Assembly (NCBI RefSeq): GCF_964355755.1
Contig: NC_092673.1
Coordinates: 11,442,948 to 11,506,947, forward strand
DNA: 64,000 bases
Source of the DNA: Antedon mediterranea
Lineage: Eukaryota > Animalia > Echinodermata
Direction: 5' to 3'
Shown here: positions 1 to 11,469 of the stretch, in pieces
How positions within the stretch are numbered: position 1 is the first letter of the stretch
Layout of the letters: each line of letters begins with the position of its first letter
The notes under the pieces: model-generated
What the model was told of the DNA's origin: nothing
The model's input: the letters and a program-made list of their open reading frames with translations, nothing else
Databases searched by the model: none
Made by a program: the position numbers and the translations under genes

Positions 1-304
1 ATGCACTGTCAAACTACATACTTTTAACTTTAATATATGAATTTTTGAAGGAAGAAAGTTAATGTTAAGTTTGTTATTTTGGCCTAAGAAAATGTCATAA
101 TTTGTTTGATTGTCGAAATTATTTTTTTTAAATTTAATATGCAATTAATGATGACTTAATCAACTTTTGTTCTCTTTATTTGATAATAAATCATACATAT
201 GATACATACACTTCAAGAAAATGAAATAAAAAATAGGTGTTCCCCTGCATTCTGGCGATATATATTAATTTTAAAATTTAGCATATTTTCACCATTTTGT
301 TAAC

Positions 305-1003
305 TTATACGTGCGTAGCCAGTCACTTTTGACGTGCTCGTATAACGCAATTTCGAGTTGAAACCTGAATCAAATATGATGATATTATTAAAGAAAGATT
401 GTAAAACAGAAATCGGGCAAAAAGAGTGCGCATTAACGTTTAACGCGCAGTGCGCGTGCAAAAATCTGCGCACTCATGGCAATTTTTTAAACGCTTAAAA
501 TTGCCTGAAACGTACTCTAATTTCATTGAAAATAAATTTTGACAATTTTGAACATTTTAAGCGCGCGTACGCAAGCGTTATATGCGCTACACACGTAATT
601 GTATTGCCATATGATGAAATATGACCTGAAATTTATGAGTACCAAATTTTGTTTAATTGTGATTCATGCTTGTGAAGATATGATTACAAACGTGATTTCG
701 TTAAATCGCGCGTAGACCGCGTAATTTTTGATTGCGCATCGTGAAAACATAACCACATCGATTCCTGGCCATAAGGAATATACAGTACTCTGAAAAATTG
801 ACTTAGTTAGATGAAACTGATATCAAGATAATTGACGGACAAATAGTGCTAAGGAAAGAATAAATAAATAAATAAATAAAGATTTTGACAGAATCAAGAG
901 GTTATATGCATATCATGCATATAACCTAATAAATAAATAAATAAATAAATAAAGATTTTGACAGAATCAAGAGGTTATATGCATATCATGCATATAACCT
1001 AAT
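305..1003. mobile_element. Non-autonomous element (Helentron/HINE-like) sharing a ~480-bp core with 52618-53100; its hairpin-bearing terminus is tandemly duplicated
   Basis: The core GTGCGTAGCC..CACTTTTGACGTGCTCGTATAACG..GATATCAAGATAA recurs at ~52620-53100. The end has an (AAAT)n tract and the hairpin AGGTTATATGCAT-ATC-ATGCATATAACCT, present twice (~860-930, ~930-1003). Confidence 0.6.
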
Positions 1004-1866
1004 TAGCACCCTGGGAATTACTTCCGAAAGAGAAACTTGTCACAAAATGAGACCAATTGTTGGTTTTCAATTGTTTCTTAGAGCCAATTCATACTTAAGT
1101 TGGTTCCTACCCTACCCACCAAAGTTGTTTTGCGTTTAGGGCATATGATGCACCGTAGGCCTATCAGGCTCTACTATGGCTTTACAACGCTACTCATGCC
1201 AGTGAGGGAAGGGTGATGATATGGGTGGTTTAACTGCAATAATAAAGATTTGTACATAATATACGGCGACTGAAAACGCTAGCACCAGCTCATTATCCGT
1301 TTAAAAAAAATTATATCCAACCTCTACAGCACAGATTGAAAAAAAAATGGATCGAATTTCTGTTATGAGTATACAGTACTTTCCTTTACGACGCCTGAGG
1401 GAATAGACACTTGTGGAACGACACTGAGATTGGAATGTTCCATTCATCGCAAATCAATACATTTGTATAAACGTATATTAAATCTATCAAAATAGTATTT
1501 TTTAAAGAAAATCGGCCTGTCTTCAACATCATGATACTGTACTCGAGCTGTTCAACCGATTTTCAGCTATTAAAAACAATTATCGTAGGAGGAGATAGGA
1601 AAATGCGAAGCCTCCTCGAATTTTTGTGGTGGGTATTTTTCAAGATTGACATCCATTAGACAGTGTATACCACGATCGGAAAACACCCTATTTGGGGCAA
1701 ATCGTTGAACCTAAATTCGTTTTAATCGTCAATAACTAATTATCTAACTTAATTTAATTAGTAAACAGGGTTACATCAGGTGGTTAAAATCAGTACCGAA
1801 AGTACAAACCAACTTTATAATACCATCGAGTAAAAATTCTAAAAGTAAGGCGCGATTTACCGAATT

Positions 1867-2136
1867 TTGCCCTTACGTAAATTTATATATAGAAACCAAC
1901 TTCCTATTTCTATGACTGATATGCTCTGTAAACTTACCAAATTTCACAATTACAATTTAAGAACTTCTCATTTAAACATTCCTTTTGCTAGACTTACTAA
2001 AACTAAATTTTTTATAACTATATCAGGTCCTAATTTGTGGAATCATATCCCGCCAAATATCAAAACGTCAATATCATTATTTACTTTCCGAAAAAAGTTA
2101 AAGAATCATTATATAGCTAAATATTATACTGCTTAG
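1867..2136 (+). mobile_element. 3' end relic of a CR1/L2-type LINE ORF2
   Basis: The translation HNYNLR..TKFFITISGPNLWNHIPPNIKTSISLFTFRKKLK resembles the typical CR1/L2 ORF2 C-terminal region. Confidence 0.7.
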
Positions 2137-2228
2137 TTTAATATGCTTATTATCATCACAAAATATTAGTTGTTGTTTATTATTGCAATCTTTAATCTAT
2201 ACTATATATAATGTATATATATATATAC

Positions 2229-2270
2229 TTGCACTGATGAAGGGCTAGTGTTGCCCGAAAGCTCTGCTAA
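2229..2270 (+). ncRNA. Minimal type I hammerhead ribozyme motif
   Basis: GCA-CTGATGA-A-GGGC-tagtgtt-GCCC-GAAA-GC-TC-TGC: conserved cores, 4-bp helix II, palindromic AGCT at helix III, short helix I. Confidence 0.75.
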
Positions 2271-2395
2271 CTTTTCTGGCTGTTTACTTTATCGTTTTGA
2301 TTTAGCTTTTCGCTTTTTATTTTTGTATCTCAATTGAGATCCAGCCACTGCTACCCACAGCATTGTCATTTTTTTCAGTAATTTGCCTTTGGATT
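2229..2395 (+). mobile_element. Penelope-like terminal repeat (pLTR) fragment, copy 1, in TA-rich sequence
   Basis: Nearly identical to 26652-26793 and to 54737-56482 apart from the array. It starts with a hammerhead core and ends at GCCTTTGGAT. Confidence 0.7.
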
Positions 2396-2587
2396 TATAG
2401 TATATACTATATATATACATAAATTATATGTATACATATTTTTTTCATTTACCAATATAGGTATTTATTTCATTTATATCATGAAATTATTGAAATATAA
2501 TTTAAATAATTTTGATAAAGATGATGTTAGTTATGTTATTATACTGAAATTTTTTATCCTAAATTATATATTCTAGGTTTATTTTTT

Positions 2588-2712
2588 ATCGTAGGCTACA
2601 AACAATACATCGTAGGCTACAAACAATACATCGTAGGAGAGAACAATGACCTACGTTCTACCTACGAAAGCCTACGTGTAGATACGAAGCAGTAATTTCT
2701 TTCTGTACTGTA
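2588..2712. mobile_element. Solo right end of the Tc1/mariner-like MITE family at 4746-6982
   Basis: Ends GCAGTAATTTCTTTCTGTACTG|TA and carries ~21-bp subterminal repeats ATCGTAGGCTACAAACAATAC; reverse complement of 4746-4870. Confidence 0.75.
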
Positions 2713-2984
2713 TACTGTTTATACTGTATATACTATATGACACAAAATTGACAGTATTCAGCACTAACAACATAATTATCATATTCTTCAGTTTAGGTAA
2801 TAATGTCATAATCTTTTTCTGAGTGCAAAATTCCAACGTATGACGTGCGGATAACTAACTCGTCAAAGTGACGAGTTCAAATCTAGTTATATATTCAATA
2901 TTATTATTTATATGGATTTTATAAACGCACCTACAGTACGTCTTAATTATGTGAACAAACGACCAAACAATCCTAGGCCTTTGT

Positions 2985-3680
2985 GACCTGTTTGCTAAAT
3001 ATTTCTATGGTCATTTTCTTGATCAGTGGTCATGATATGTCACTTGGCACTTGTTGAGTGATATCAATGAGTGTATTTTGATATTAAGCAAAGACAACAT
3101 TCGCTAGTTATTAAATGTAAGTGTGCTCCACGAAAAAATGTTTGTACCAGCTATTGGTTAAATGTCAAAATAAGTTGTTTTTTAACATTTTGTGTATTTC
3201 TGTTGTATTAGAGAAAATATAAATATTTATATATTGTGAGTAATTTGAGATTAAAGTTATAACTTTCCTGACTAGTGGTTGCTGAGTTATTGATATGGCT
3301 ATTTTCTTGACCAAATGGTCAAAAATAAAGTTTCACTGTCATTTTTGGCAAAAGTTGTCCATTAAATTGAATAGAAATATGTATCTTTACGACCACATCC
3401 ACCCAACAATTTTTGAGATATGAAAAGTGTGCTCCAAGCCAAAAATATTTGTGCTGGCTATATGTAAAAGATCAAAATTTATTTACAGTTTTATGATTTT
3501 TATTACATTATAAAAATATAAACATATACAGTACTTTGCGAGTAATTTGAGACCACAATTATCACTTTCTGATTAGTAGTTGGCGAGATATTCATATGGC
3601 CAATTTCTTGACCAGTGGTCAGAAAAGGGGTTTCTGTTCACTTTTGGCAAAAGTTTCCCATTAGAGTGAACAAAAAATAT
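2985..3680. repeat. Diverged ~290-300 bp tandem repeat, about 2.3 copies
   Basis: The motif GG.CATTTTCTTGA.CA.TGGTCA recurs at ~3009, ~3297 and ~3598, and GTGTGCTCCA at ~3121 and ~3427. Confidence 0.6.
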
Positions 3681-4745
3681 TCCAATACACCCAGTACTTG
3701 GCCCCCTGTACTGACCAAGCATCCCAATTTTTTTTTTTTAATCAAAGTAACTTTTCAGAAGTTTCGTCAACCCCAATTTTATTATCGGGTAGAGAGTATA
3801 AAGTATAGTTATGATACAAACCATTGTGACGTCATGATATTGTTTGAACAAACAACACGATTTTTATATATGAGGCCTGGCATCACAAAAGCGGCGCAGA
3901 GTCGCAACCCAAACTTTTGAGATATTTAGCCTTGAACAGGGCTGCAAATTAAGGGGTATTTGGTCGCATTTGCGACCTAATTTTTCTGTTTGCGACTAAA
4001 GAAACAGAATAGGTCGCGCATAGCGCGACAAGATCGTCTGCTTGTGCGAGTTGTTTCAAATTGAAGTCAGGTGTGTTTTCCCTATTTCAAACACTGTTGT
4101 AATTTAATCTCTCTACTACGGAAGGCTCAGGAGTTTCCACTAGTCACCGCCAAGCAAAGGAGTCAGGTTCATTCAAGCGTACAAAGCCCCTAAACATTTT
4201 ACACTCGTTGTGATTGGAAGTTCGTCCATTTATTGCATGCTGCCTTACCCAATCACACAAAAGGACACCAAACACACAGCACAGTGTGAAGCGCGGACGA
4301 CACAAACCTCGTGGAAAATCACCTCCGTTTTAAAGAAGGAATATAAAAACAATTGTACCGCCGTACACAGAAGTTAGCCAGGGCGGGCGCGGCAGAAACA
4401 AAGGATTGTTGCCGCGCAGCCATCAGCATTTTTTAGGCAGTATAATGGGTTATATCATGATTAATAAATAATGTAATTAATGATATATATAATAATATCT
4501 ATTCATTATATAGATTAAACAGCAGTATTGTTTATCAGTAGATTTAATACTTTAATCCAGATTCTGATTATCGAAAATTATATATCAGAGAAAATACCGC
4601 AACTTTTCCTACGAAGTAGCTTCGTAGATAAAACAGGCTACGTTGTTGGCTAGGTTACATTGTTTGGCTTCGTTAGTAACCTCAATAAACAACGATGTTC
4701 TTAGTAACAAGTAACAAGGTGTGAAAATTATCATTTAATGTCTTA

Positions 4746-6982
4746 CAGTACAGAAAGAAATTACTGCTTCGTATCTACGCGTAGGCTTTCGTAGGTAGAT
4801 CGTAGGTAGAACGTAGGTCATTGTTCTCTCCTACGATGTATTGTTCGTAGCCTACGATGTATTGTTCTCTCCTACGATGTATTGTTCGTAGCCTACGATG
4901 TATTGTTCTTAGCCTAGGCCTACGATGTATTGTTCTTAGCCTAGGCCTACGATGTATTGTTATGAAATCTAGGCTACGCCTCGATCGTAGGGTGGTTCGT
5001 AGAAGCATGGACAATGCAAACAAACAATATATTGATTGCTAATTAAAATCCTACCTAAAGATACAGTAGTAGGTCAATTTTTGTAGCCGCCCTACGCATT
5101 GGTTATCCTAATTTGGACGGAAATCCGCCAACGAAACGACATCGGCCCGGTGAACCTCAGCTCATGTAGAGAGAGTCGAGGCTAGGTAGGCCTAGCCTGT
5201 TTCGGCGGTCTACACTATAAATTATTTATTCCTACCTTGTTGGGTTAGCGAATTATAAAAACAACGACACCTAGGCCTAGGCTAGGACACCAACAAAATA
5301 TATGCAAAATAAATATATATTCCATATTAAGATTTAACATATTACATAATAGGCCTTTTAAAATGATTACGACATGTATAAAGAAAAAGGCCCGACCAGA
5401 ATTTGGAGGGGAAAAAACATGTGAGCTTAGCAGTTTAGAGAGAGTATTATGTTTCATGTCATGTGACACAAAATCCAGGTACACGATCTTAATTACTGTT
5501 TTATCGTCGTCAGACGGTAGCCACCCTCTCGTGCTCGTACTGAGTAAAAAAAACATGTGAGAGATTGCGGTAAGCAGAGTATCGCGTTTCATGCCATGTG
5601 ACCAAAAAAAAACTAGGTCTGTATTAATTACGGTCTTCTGTCGGCAGTCTTTTTGAGCGACCGATTGAACGTCCTGATGCTATATTTAGAATGAATTGTT
5701 TACGATCTTTTTTTCTCGGCATCGTTTCTGGATGGGACTGGACGTTCGCTATATTATGTTTATTAGTTGGCCTGTTCGTTGCGGTTCACCTGTGTTGGAT
5801 CGTGTCTCTCTCTACGCTATACATCGTGGGAAATTTATATTTTTATTCGCCGTTGAGTAGGTAAACACGCACGAAGGAAAAGATTACGATTAAAAAATAT
5901 TATTTATTTTTTATTAATTTACAACTTTGTCCTCCGCCAGTTAAATTTAACACATTAATTTCACACTTTACAGTACTTCACTAAGAACATCGTAGGGTTG
6001 TTTATTTAGGTTACGAACTCCATACGAAGTTCAGAACGTAGCTCATTGAAAGTTGTTTATCGAGGTTACGAAGCCAACAATGTAGCCTACGTTCTATCTA
6101 CGAAGCTACTTCGTAGGTAAAGTTGCAGTATTTTCTTTCTGTACTGTATTTTTGACTGGCGGAGGAGGACCAATTTGTACATTACTACGAAATATATAAT
6201 ATAATAGTTTTTATTCGTAAATGTTTCATTCGTGAGTGTTTTTTTACTCTCAACGGCGAATATAAATTTCCCACAATGTAAACGTAGAGACACGATCCAA
6301 CACAATGAACTATGCCAACTAATAAAAATAATATAGCGAACGTCCAGTCGATCCAGAAACATGCAAACAAAAAGATCGTAAACAATTCATTCTAAATATA
6401 GTATCAGAACGTTCAATCGGTCGCTCAAAAAGATTGCCGACAGAAGACCGTAATTAATACAGACCTAGTTTTTTGGTCACATGTCATGAAACGCGATACT
6501 GTTTTTTACCACCACCGCAAACCTCTCGCAAGTTTTTTTTACTCGGTACGAGCATGTACGAGGGGGATGGCTACAAAACAGTGTACCTGAATTTTGCGTC
6601 ACATGAAACGTAATACAGCTCTAAACTGTTCCCACGGTTCGCACGTTTTTCCCCTCCAAATTCTGGTCGGGTCTTTTGTCGTAATAATAATTTACAAAGG
6701 CCTCTATGTTAAATCTTAACATGGAATATATATTTATTTTGCATATATTTTGTTGGTGTCCTAGCCAAGGTGTTGTTGTTTTTATAATTCGCTAAACCAA
6801 GGTAGGATTGAATCATGTAGGCCGCCGAAACTCTCTCTGCGTGAATAAAATCGTAGGCATGGCAACGAACAATACTTTGGAAATTACAGGATATCTTTAG
6901 CGAACAATGACCTACGATCTATTTACGCGTAGGCTACGAAAGGTTACGCGTATATACAAAGCAGTAATTTCTTTCTGTACCG
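4746..6982. mobile_element. Foldback-type Tc1/mariner-like MITE with TA flanks and ~0.8-kb internal inverted arms
   Basis: TA|CAGTACAGAAAGAAATTACTGC ... GCAGTAATTTCTTTCTGTACCG|TA. 5165-5945 is the diverged reverse complement of ~6151-6840. There are 21-27 bp subterminal repeats at 4820-4960. Confidence 0.75.
5971..6146. mobile_element. Small deleted MITE of a related family, at the centre of the foldback
   Basis: TA|CAGTAC...GTACTG|TA. The body is reverse-complementary to the fragment at ~4585-4710. Confidence 0.55.
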
Positions 6983-7437
6983 TAAAAATAATAGATCTTG
7001 CGTGAATATAAGTGGCGCATCAGGACCAGTGCCTAAATGTGCATAACCCAAATTAATTGAATTCTTCAGTGCTGAATTTTTATGTGCTCAGAAATCGATT
7101 GAAACAACCTATAATTACTCAAAAATCCCCCCCCCCCCAAAGCGGGGCCATTGGCGGCCCCCTGACTCCCAGCCTAAGGTTGTACTGTATTTCATTTTTA
7201 TACACCCCCCCCCCCCCCCCACTAAACTAAAAACGGATCTGCGCTGATATGGGGTTTGAGGGAAGGGGGTTAGTTGTCGATGAAAAGGTGCTACTAAAAA
7301 AATTATTATGAGCCATCATACAAATTTGATAGTGCTACCAAGTAAAAAAATTAATTTGCAGCCCTGTTGAAGTTCAGAATGTGAAAAACGGCCTAACCTA
7401 CCAATTTTAAAATTTCAATAAAAAACGATACTATAAA

Positions 7438-9460
7438 TAGGTATCCCAATGAAAAAATTCAGATTAATTTTTTTACATTTTCTTTCAGTTAACCATAAAG
7501 AACTTAATGTAATTAGCATTTTGCAATTTAAATGATTGAAATTTGATTACCCGTTCTAAAGTTATGGTTATTTAAAGTGGTAAAAAAATATACGATTTTT
7601 TGCCTAAAAATGGTGTTTTTTGCAGTTGAAATTGGAAGCATTTTTAAAAGGTTATAACTTTCACAATAATTAGTTAAAAGTTTTGAATTTTGTTAAACCT
7701 ATAGATATCACAGAGTTGTACAACTCTATTTTTTTTGGAGCCTCAACGAAACCTATTTTTTAAATTATTGGTCCGCAAAGTGGTAGGAAAGCATTTAACG
7801 CCCATTTTTGCTGGAATTCCCTAAAAAATGAAAAAACCGCAATTTTTCAATGATCTGTAACTTTTGAACTACTGTACTAATTCATTTAATTTTTTTTGTA
7901 CTTGTTAGAATGTAGTGTATATTTCATTAATAAATATATTTTAAATGTGTATATGAAAAAAAAAATTTTTTTTAATGGTGAAATTTAAAATTATAAAAAA
8001 AAAAATGAAAAAGTATGTTAAAAACGGTGTGTACTGTTTCCTTTCTTTTACACTAATTTTCGGTAAGTATAATTATTAGAATATTTTAATATACTTTATA
8101 TTTATAATTTCAATCATAAATACTATTATATATAACTTTTGAATACGTAAAACAAGATTTTAGGCCCATATGATTATGACACCAAATCTAAGCCGGGCTG
8201 CTAATAAGTAAGATATGCTCTTTTAAGGCAACCGCACAATATGGGTCAAAATAAACTCATTTAAAATAATCAATGTTAATTAAAACAATTAATTGTTTAC
8301 CTGAATAGTATATATAACATTATAAAAATTGTTTTCTTTTCGTATTATTACGTTATTAAATTGAAATACGGAGCTAAAGTTTAGGCCAAGTCACGGCTTA
8401 CTCGCGATCAGTAGTCGCTCCCGTTAAAGTATTTCGGTCGCAGTTAATGACTTTCGGCCGCCGTATACAGAGTCAAATGTAACGTTGGTAAATTAGCTTA
8501 ATAAATTTCCTCGGTACATTTTAACCTAACGCATTTGCATTGTATACTTGCATAATAAATCTTCCGCACATTACATCAATTTTAAGTTGTTAAATTAATG
8601 TGTAAAACCAGATATTCTACGACGGAAAAGGACATGTCAATCTCCGACATCGCTGCTGTCACACATCTCGCGTCGAGCCGGTCGAACTCGAGCGAGGAAA
8701 ACTAAACAACGTGTTCAAAATATGGAACGTACCATTCGCTGATAGGGTGCATTAATGTATTTAACGGAAAACGCCACAACAAACACGCGCGTATTTTAGA
8801 GTACAATATTTTACTCACTACAATATTCACCGGATTATAATGGTTGGATCTTTAAAATTTTGAACGGGATTTACGCCTCATGCACCATTTTAAAATGTAG
8901 TTCGCACAATTACGGTACCATGCACAATACGTTTGTAAACTATGTTTTATCGATTTCAATGTAGATTTAGCTATAATTTAATACCAAAATCCATAATATT
9001 TTTCCATAAACGGTGAATCAAAATTGGATTTTTGTCACAAAAATTGACTTTTCGTTACGAAAAACCTATTTATAGAAGACGATTTTCGTATCAAATTAAA
9101 GCTTATTTAAAGCCTGATAACATACAACAAAAATTAATCCGCTAGCTCCAATGGTAATCGAGCGATCGTGTTTTGAAAACTGATGGGGATTTTCCGATGA
9201 GGTTTTCAACGCGCGGAAATCGGCTCGACGGGATTTTAGAACCGTTTTAAAATCGCATTTTCTCGGCAACTAATTCATTAATTTTAATTATAAACACACG
9301 TATACATAGATTAAAACAAGTACTTTCAAACAATATAAATTTTGTAAGTATTAATTAAGATTGAATACGATTTATTTAACATCAAAGTCATACTACTTTT
9401 TCGAATTTCGTCAATATTTCAAAAGTGATACCCCTCTGTGCGCTTTCATTGGGATACCTA
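7438..9460. mobile_element. hAT-like non-autonomous element with 7-bp TSD (hATw-like)
   Basis: Perfect 17-bp TIRs TAGGTATCCCAATGAAA / TTTCATTGGGATACCTA; CTATAAA at 7431-7437 and 9461-9467. Confidence 0.75.
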
Positions 9461-11007
9461 CTATAAACACCTTTAACATATCAAACTATTGTTCATAAAA
9501 AAATATCACAAGTATGTGTATTTTGAAATTATTTAAGTTGTTTCCATTGAAAATCATTAGAAAATTGTATTTTTGTTCACGTAAAAATCAACTTTCTTTA
9601 CGGCGCTTTTGTAAACAAACCACTAACCCGAATCACGTCATGTTTGGTACCTATTTGTTCGGAAATATATCAGCTACCATAATTTTTAACAACCTAAGTG
9701 ATTTTTTTAAATCTAGCCAAAATTGGTTTCATTAAAATGTTAGGTTGCTAAATTTTCCAAGAAGAATTTATGAATCCTTGACTGTGATTGGCTATAGAGA
9801 TAAATTACGCTCTCTGAGTGGCTGACGCTTTTGTTTACGATAAGCAGCATGGCTTCTATCGTAGTTTCTCGAATGAATGTTTCAATATTTTGTGAATATT
9901 TAGGAAGTTAATTGTTATTTTTATCCATATTATATTGTTTAAAAATAACAAAAAATATAATATTATGTACCACACAGTGATATATTTTCAACTAGTTTGC
10001 CGTTACATTGAGAAGAAAATAGCGAGTTTTGACAGAGTCTTGTCGCGGCTAGGCCAAGCTAATCGGCGTCGCTACTTCATTGTTGATTTTCTCAAAATGA
10101 AGATTTGCTGAGCTAGAAAGTGACTCGTATGTTTTCATTAATAACTCTTCATATAATAAACCAATTTTAATAAACAATGGCTCATTTTAAAGCTTATTAA
10201 ATATAGATTACGAATATATAAAAATCGAAAAAAATATTATTTCCGACACTACGTTTTGTGATGCCATGCCTCATATTTTAAAATCCCATTATACGATTTC
10301 AATCGTACAGTATAATAAATATTTCTCAGAGAAAAAAGCACATGGCATGTAGAACTCAGGGAAAAATTTCATTTTAAAATTTTGTTTAGCAATTATTGCT
10401 AATCAAACTGATTTTTTAGTCGAGAAACATAGTTTTGTATTGTCTTTTTTGCTACACAATTTTAGAAATGTGTAACAATAAGGTTGTTTTGTATAGCTTT
10501 TTGCTATGCTACACTGGCGAAATTATTCCCTGGAACTATATTATCTTGGCGTACAGTAGGAAAACAAACAAATCCCAGGTCAACAGAGGCTCAACTACAA
10601 AAACAGGGTTGAATAGGGTAAGGTCACTGGACCGTTCGAAGGTTTTTGAGTAAACAATCTACCGCGTATGGTCGTACGCGCTAGACAGTACGATATTTTA
10701 ACCACATTTTTTACATGTTTGGTTGAATGTAATGAAGATAAAAAATAGTTGATCTTATGGAATGATATTTAAATAAATACTCAAAAGAATTATGTTTACA
10801 GTTCAATTATTTTCAGAATAATACTACATAAAAATGTGTTTACCAATGGGCGAATAATTGCGTCAATGACATAGCGCGCATGGTAACGTACGCGGAGTTG
10901 AATCGTGGCAATAACAATGGAGTCAACTCTTGGTAACCCTACATAGGCCTATACTTAGTTTTGAAAGGCAAGAAATGTTTTCAGCTGGCTTAATAGAGAT
11001 TAAATTA

Positions 11008-11344
11008 TGCACTTGTCAATTGTATGACCCACTATACGACCCCCGGGAGAGGTGCGTCATTTGTCCGATGTGCGTCATACTTTTGAATACCATGACGCAC
11101 CCGTGCGTCAAAAAGGTGACTTACCTTAGGTGACCATGACGCACCCATTTTGACGCACTGTGACCATGTTGTTTATGATATGGTGGGTGGTAAAGTGATG
11201 GACATTGACACACCTTGTTCATTGATGTGACGTACCATCTAGGTTTTTTGACGCACCCCTGCGTCAGTAATTATTTGTAAATGACGCACCCATGACGCAC
11301 CTCTCCCGGGGGTCGTATAGTGAGTCATACAATTGACAAGTGCA
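11008..11344. mobile_element. MITE with ~53-bp TIRs (PIF/Harbinger or ISL2EU-like)
   Basis: TGCACTTGTCAATTGTATGACCCACTATACGACCCCCGGGAGAGGTGCGTCAT and its near-perfect reverse complement at the right end. Flanks read TTA/TTA, or AT/AT if the termini are 1 bp shorter. Confidence 0.85.
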
Positions 11345-11469
11345 TTAATATTTCATTAAATTATTATTATTCATATTAATAGAGCCTATCAAAGAAAATT
11401 ATCTCGGTCACTAATCAATACATTCACTAAAACAAAAACAAATCATTTTCTATTTTTTAATACATACAG

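Larger units (their letters stand above)
3937..7366. mobile_element. hAT-like non-autonomous element with 5-bp TSD (hAT5-like)
   Basis: Perfect 16-bp TIRs CAGGGCTGCAAATTAA / TTAATTTGCAGCCCTG; TTGAA at 3932-3936 and 7367-7371. Confidence 0.75.
3872..10272. mobile_element. Sola2-like non-autonomous DNA transposon (~0.9 kb of its own sequence) containing nested insertions
   Basis: TIRs GAGGCCTGGCATCACAAAA / TTTTGTGATGCCATGCCTC, flanked by ATAT on both sides (3868-3871, 10273-10276). GAG..CTC termini with a 4-bp TSD fit Sola2. Confidence 0.65.

Noticed and set aside
4775-5042. Arg-rich and LRCIV repeat ORFs
   Set aside because: They are translations of MITE subterminal repeats.
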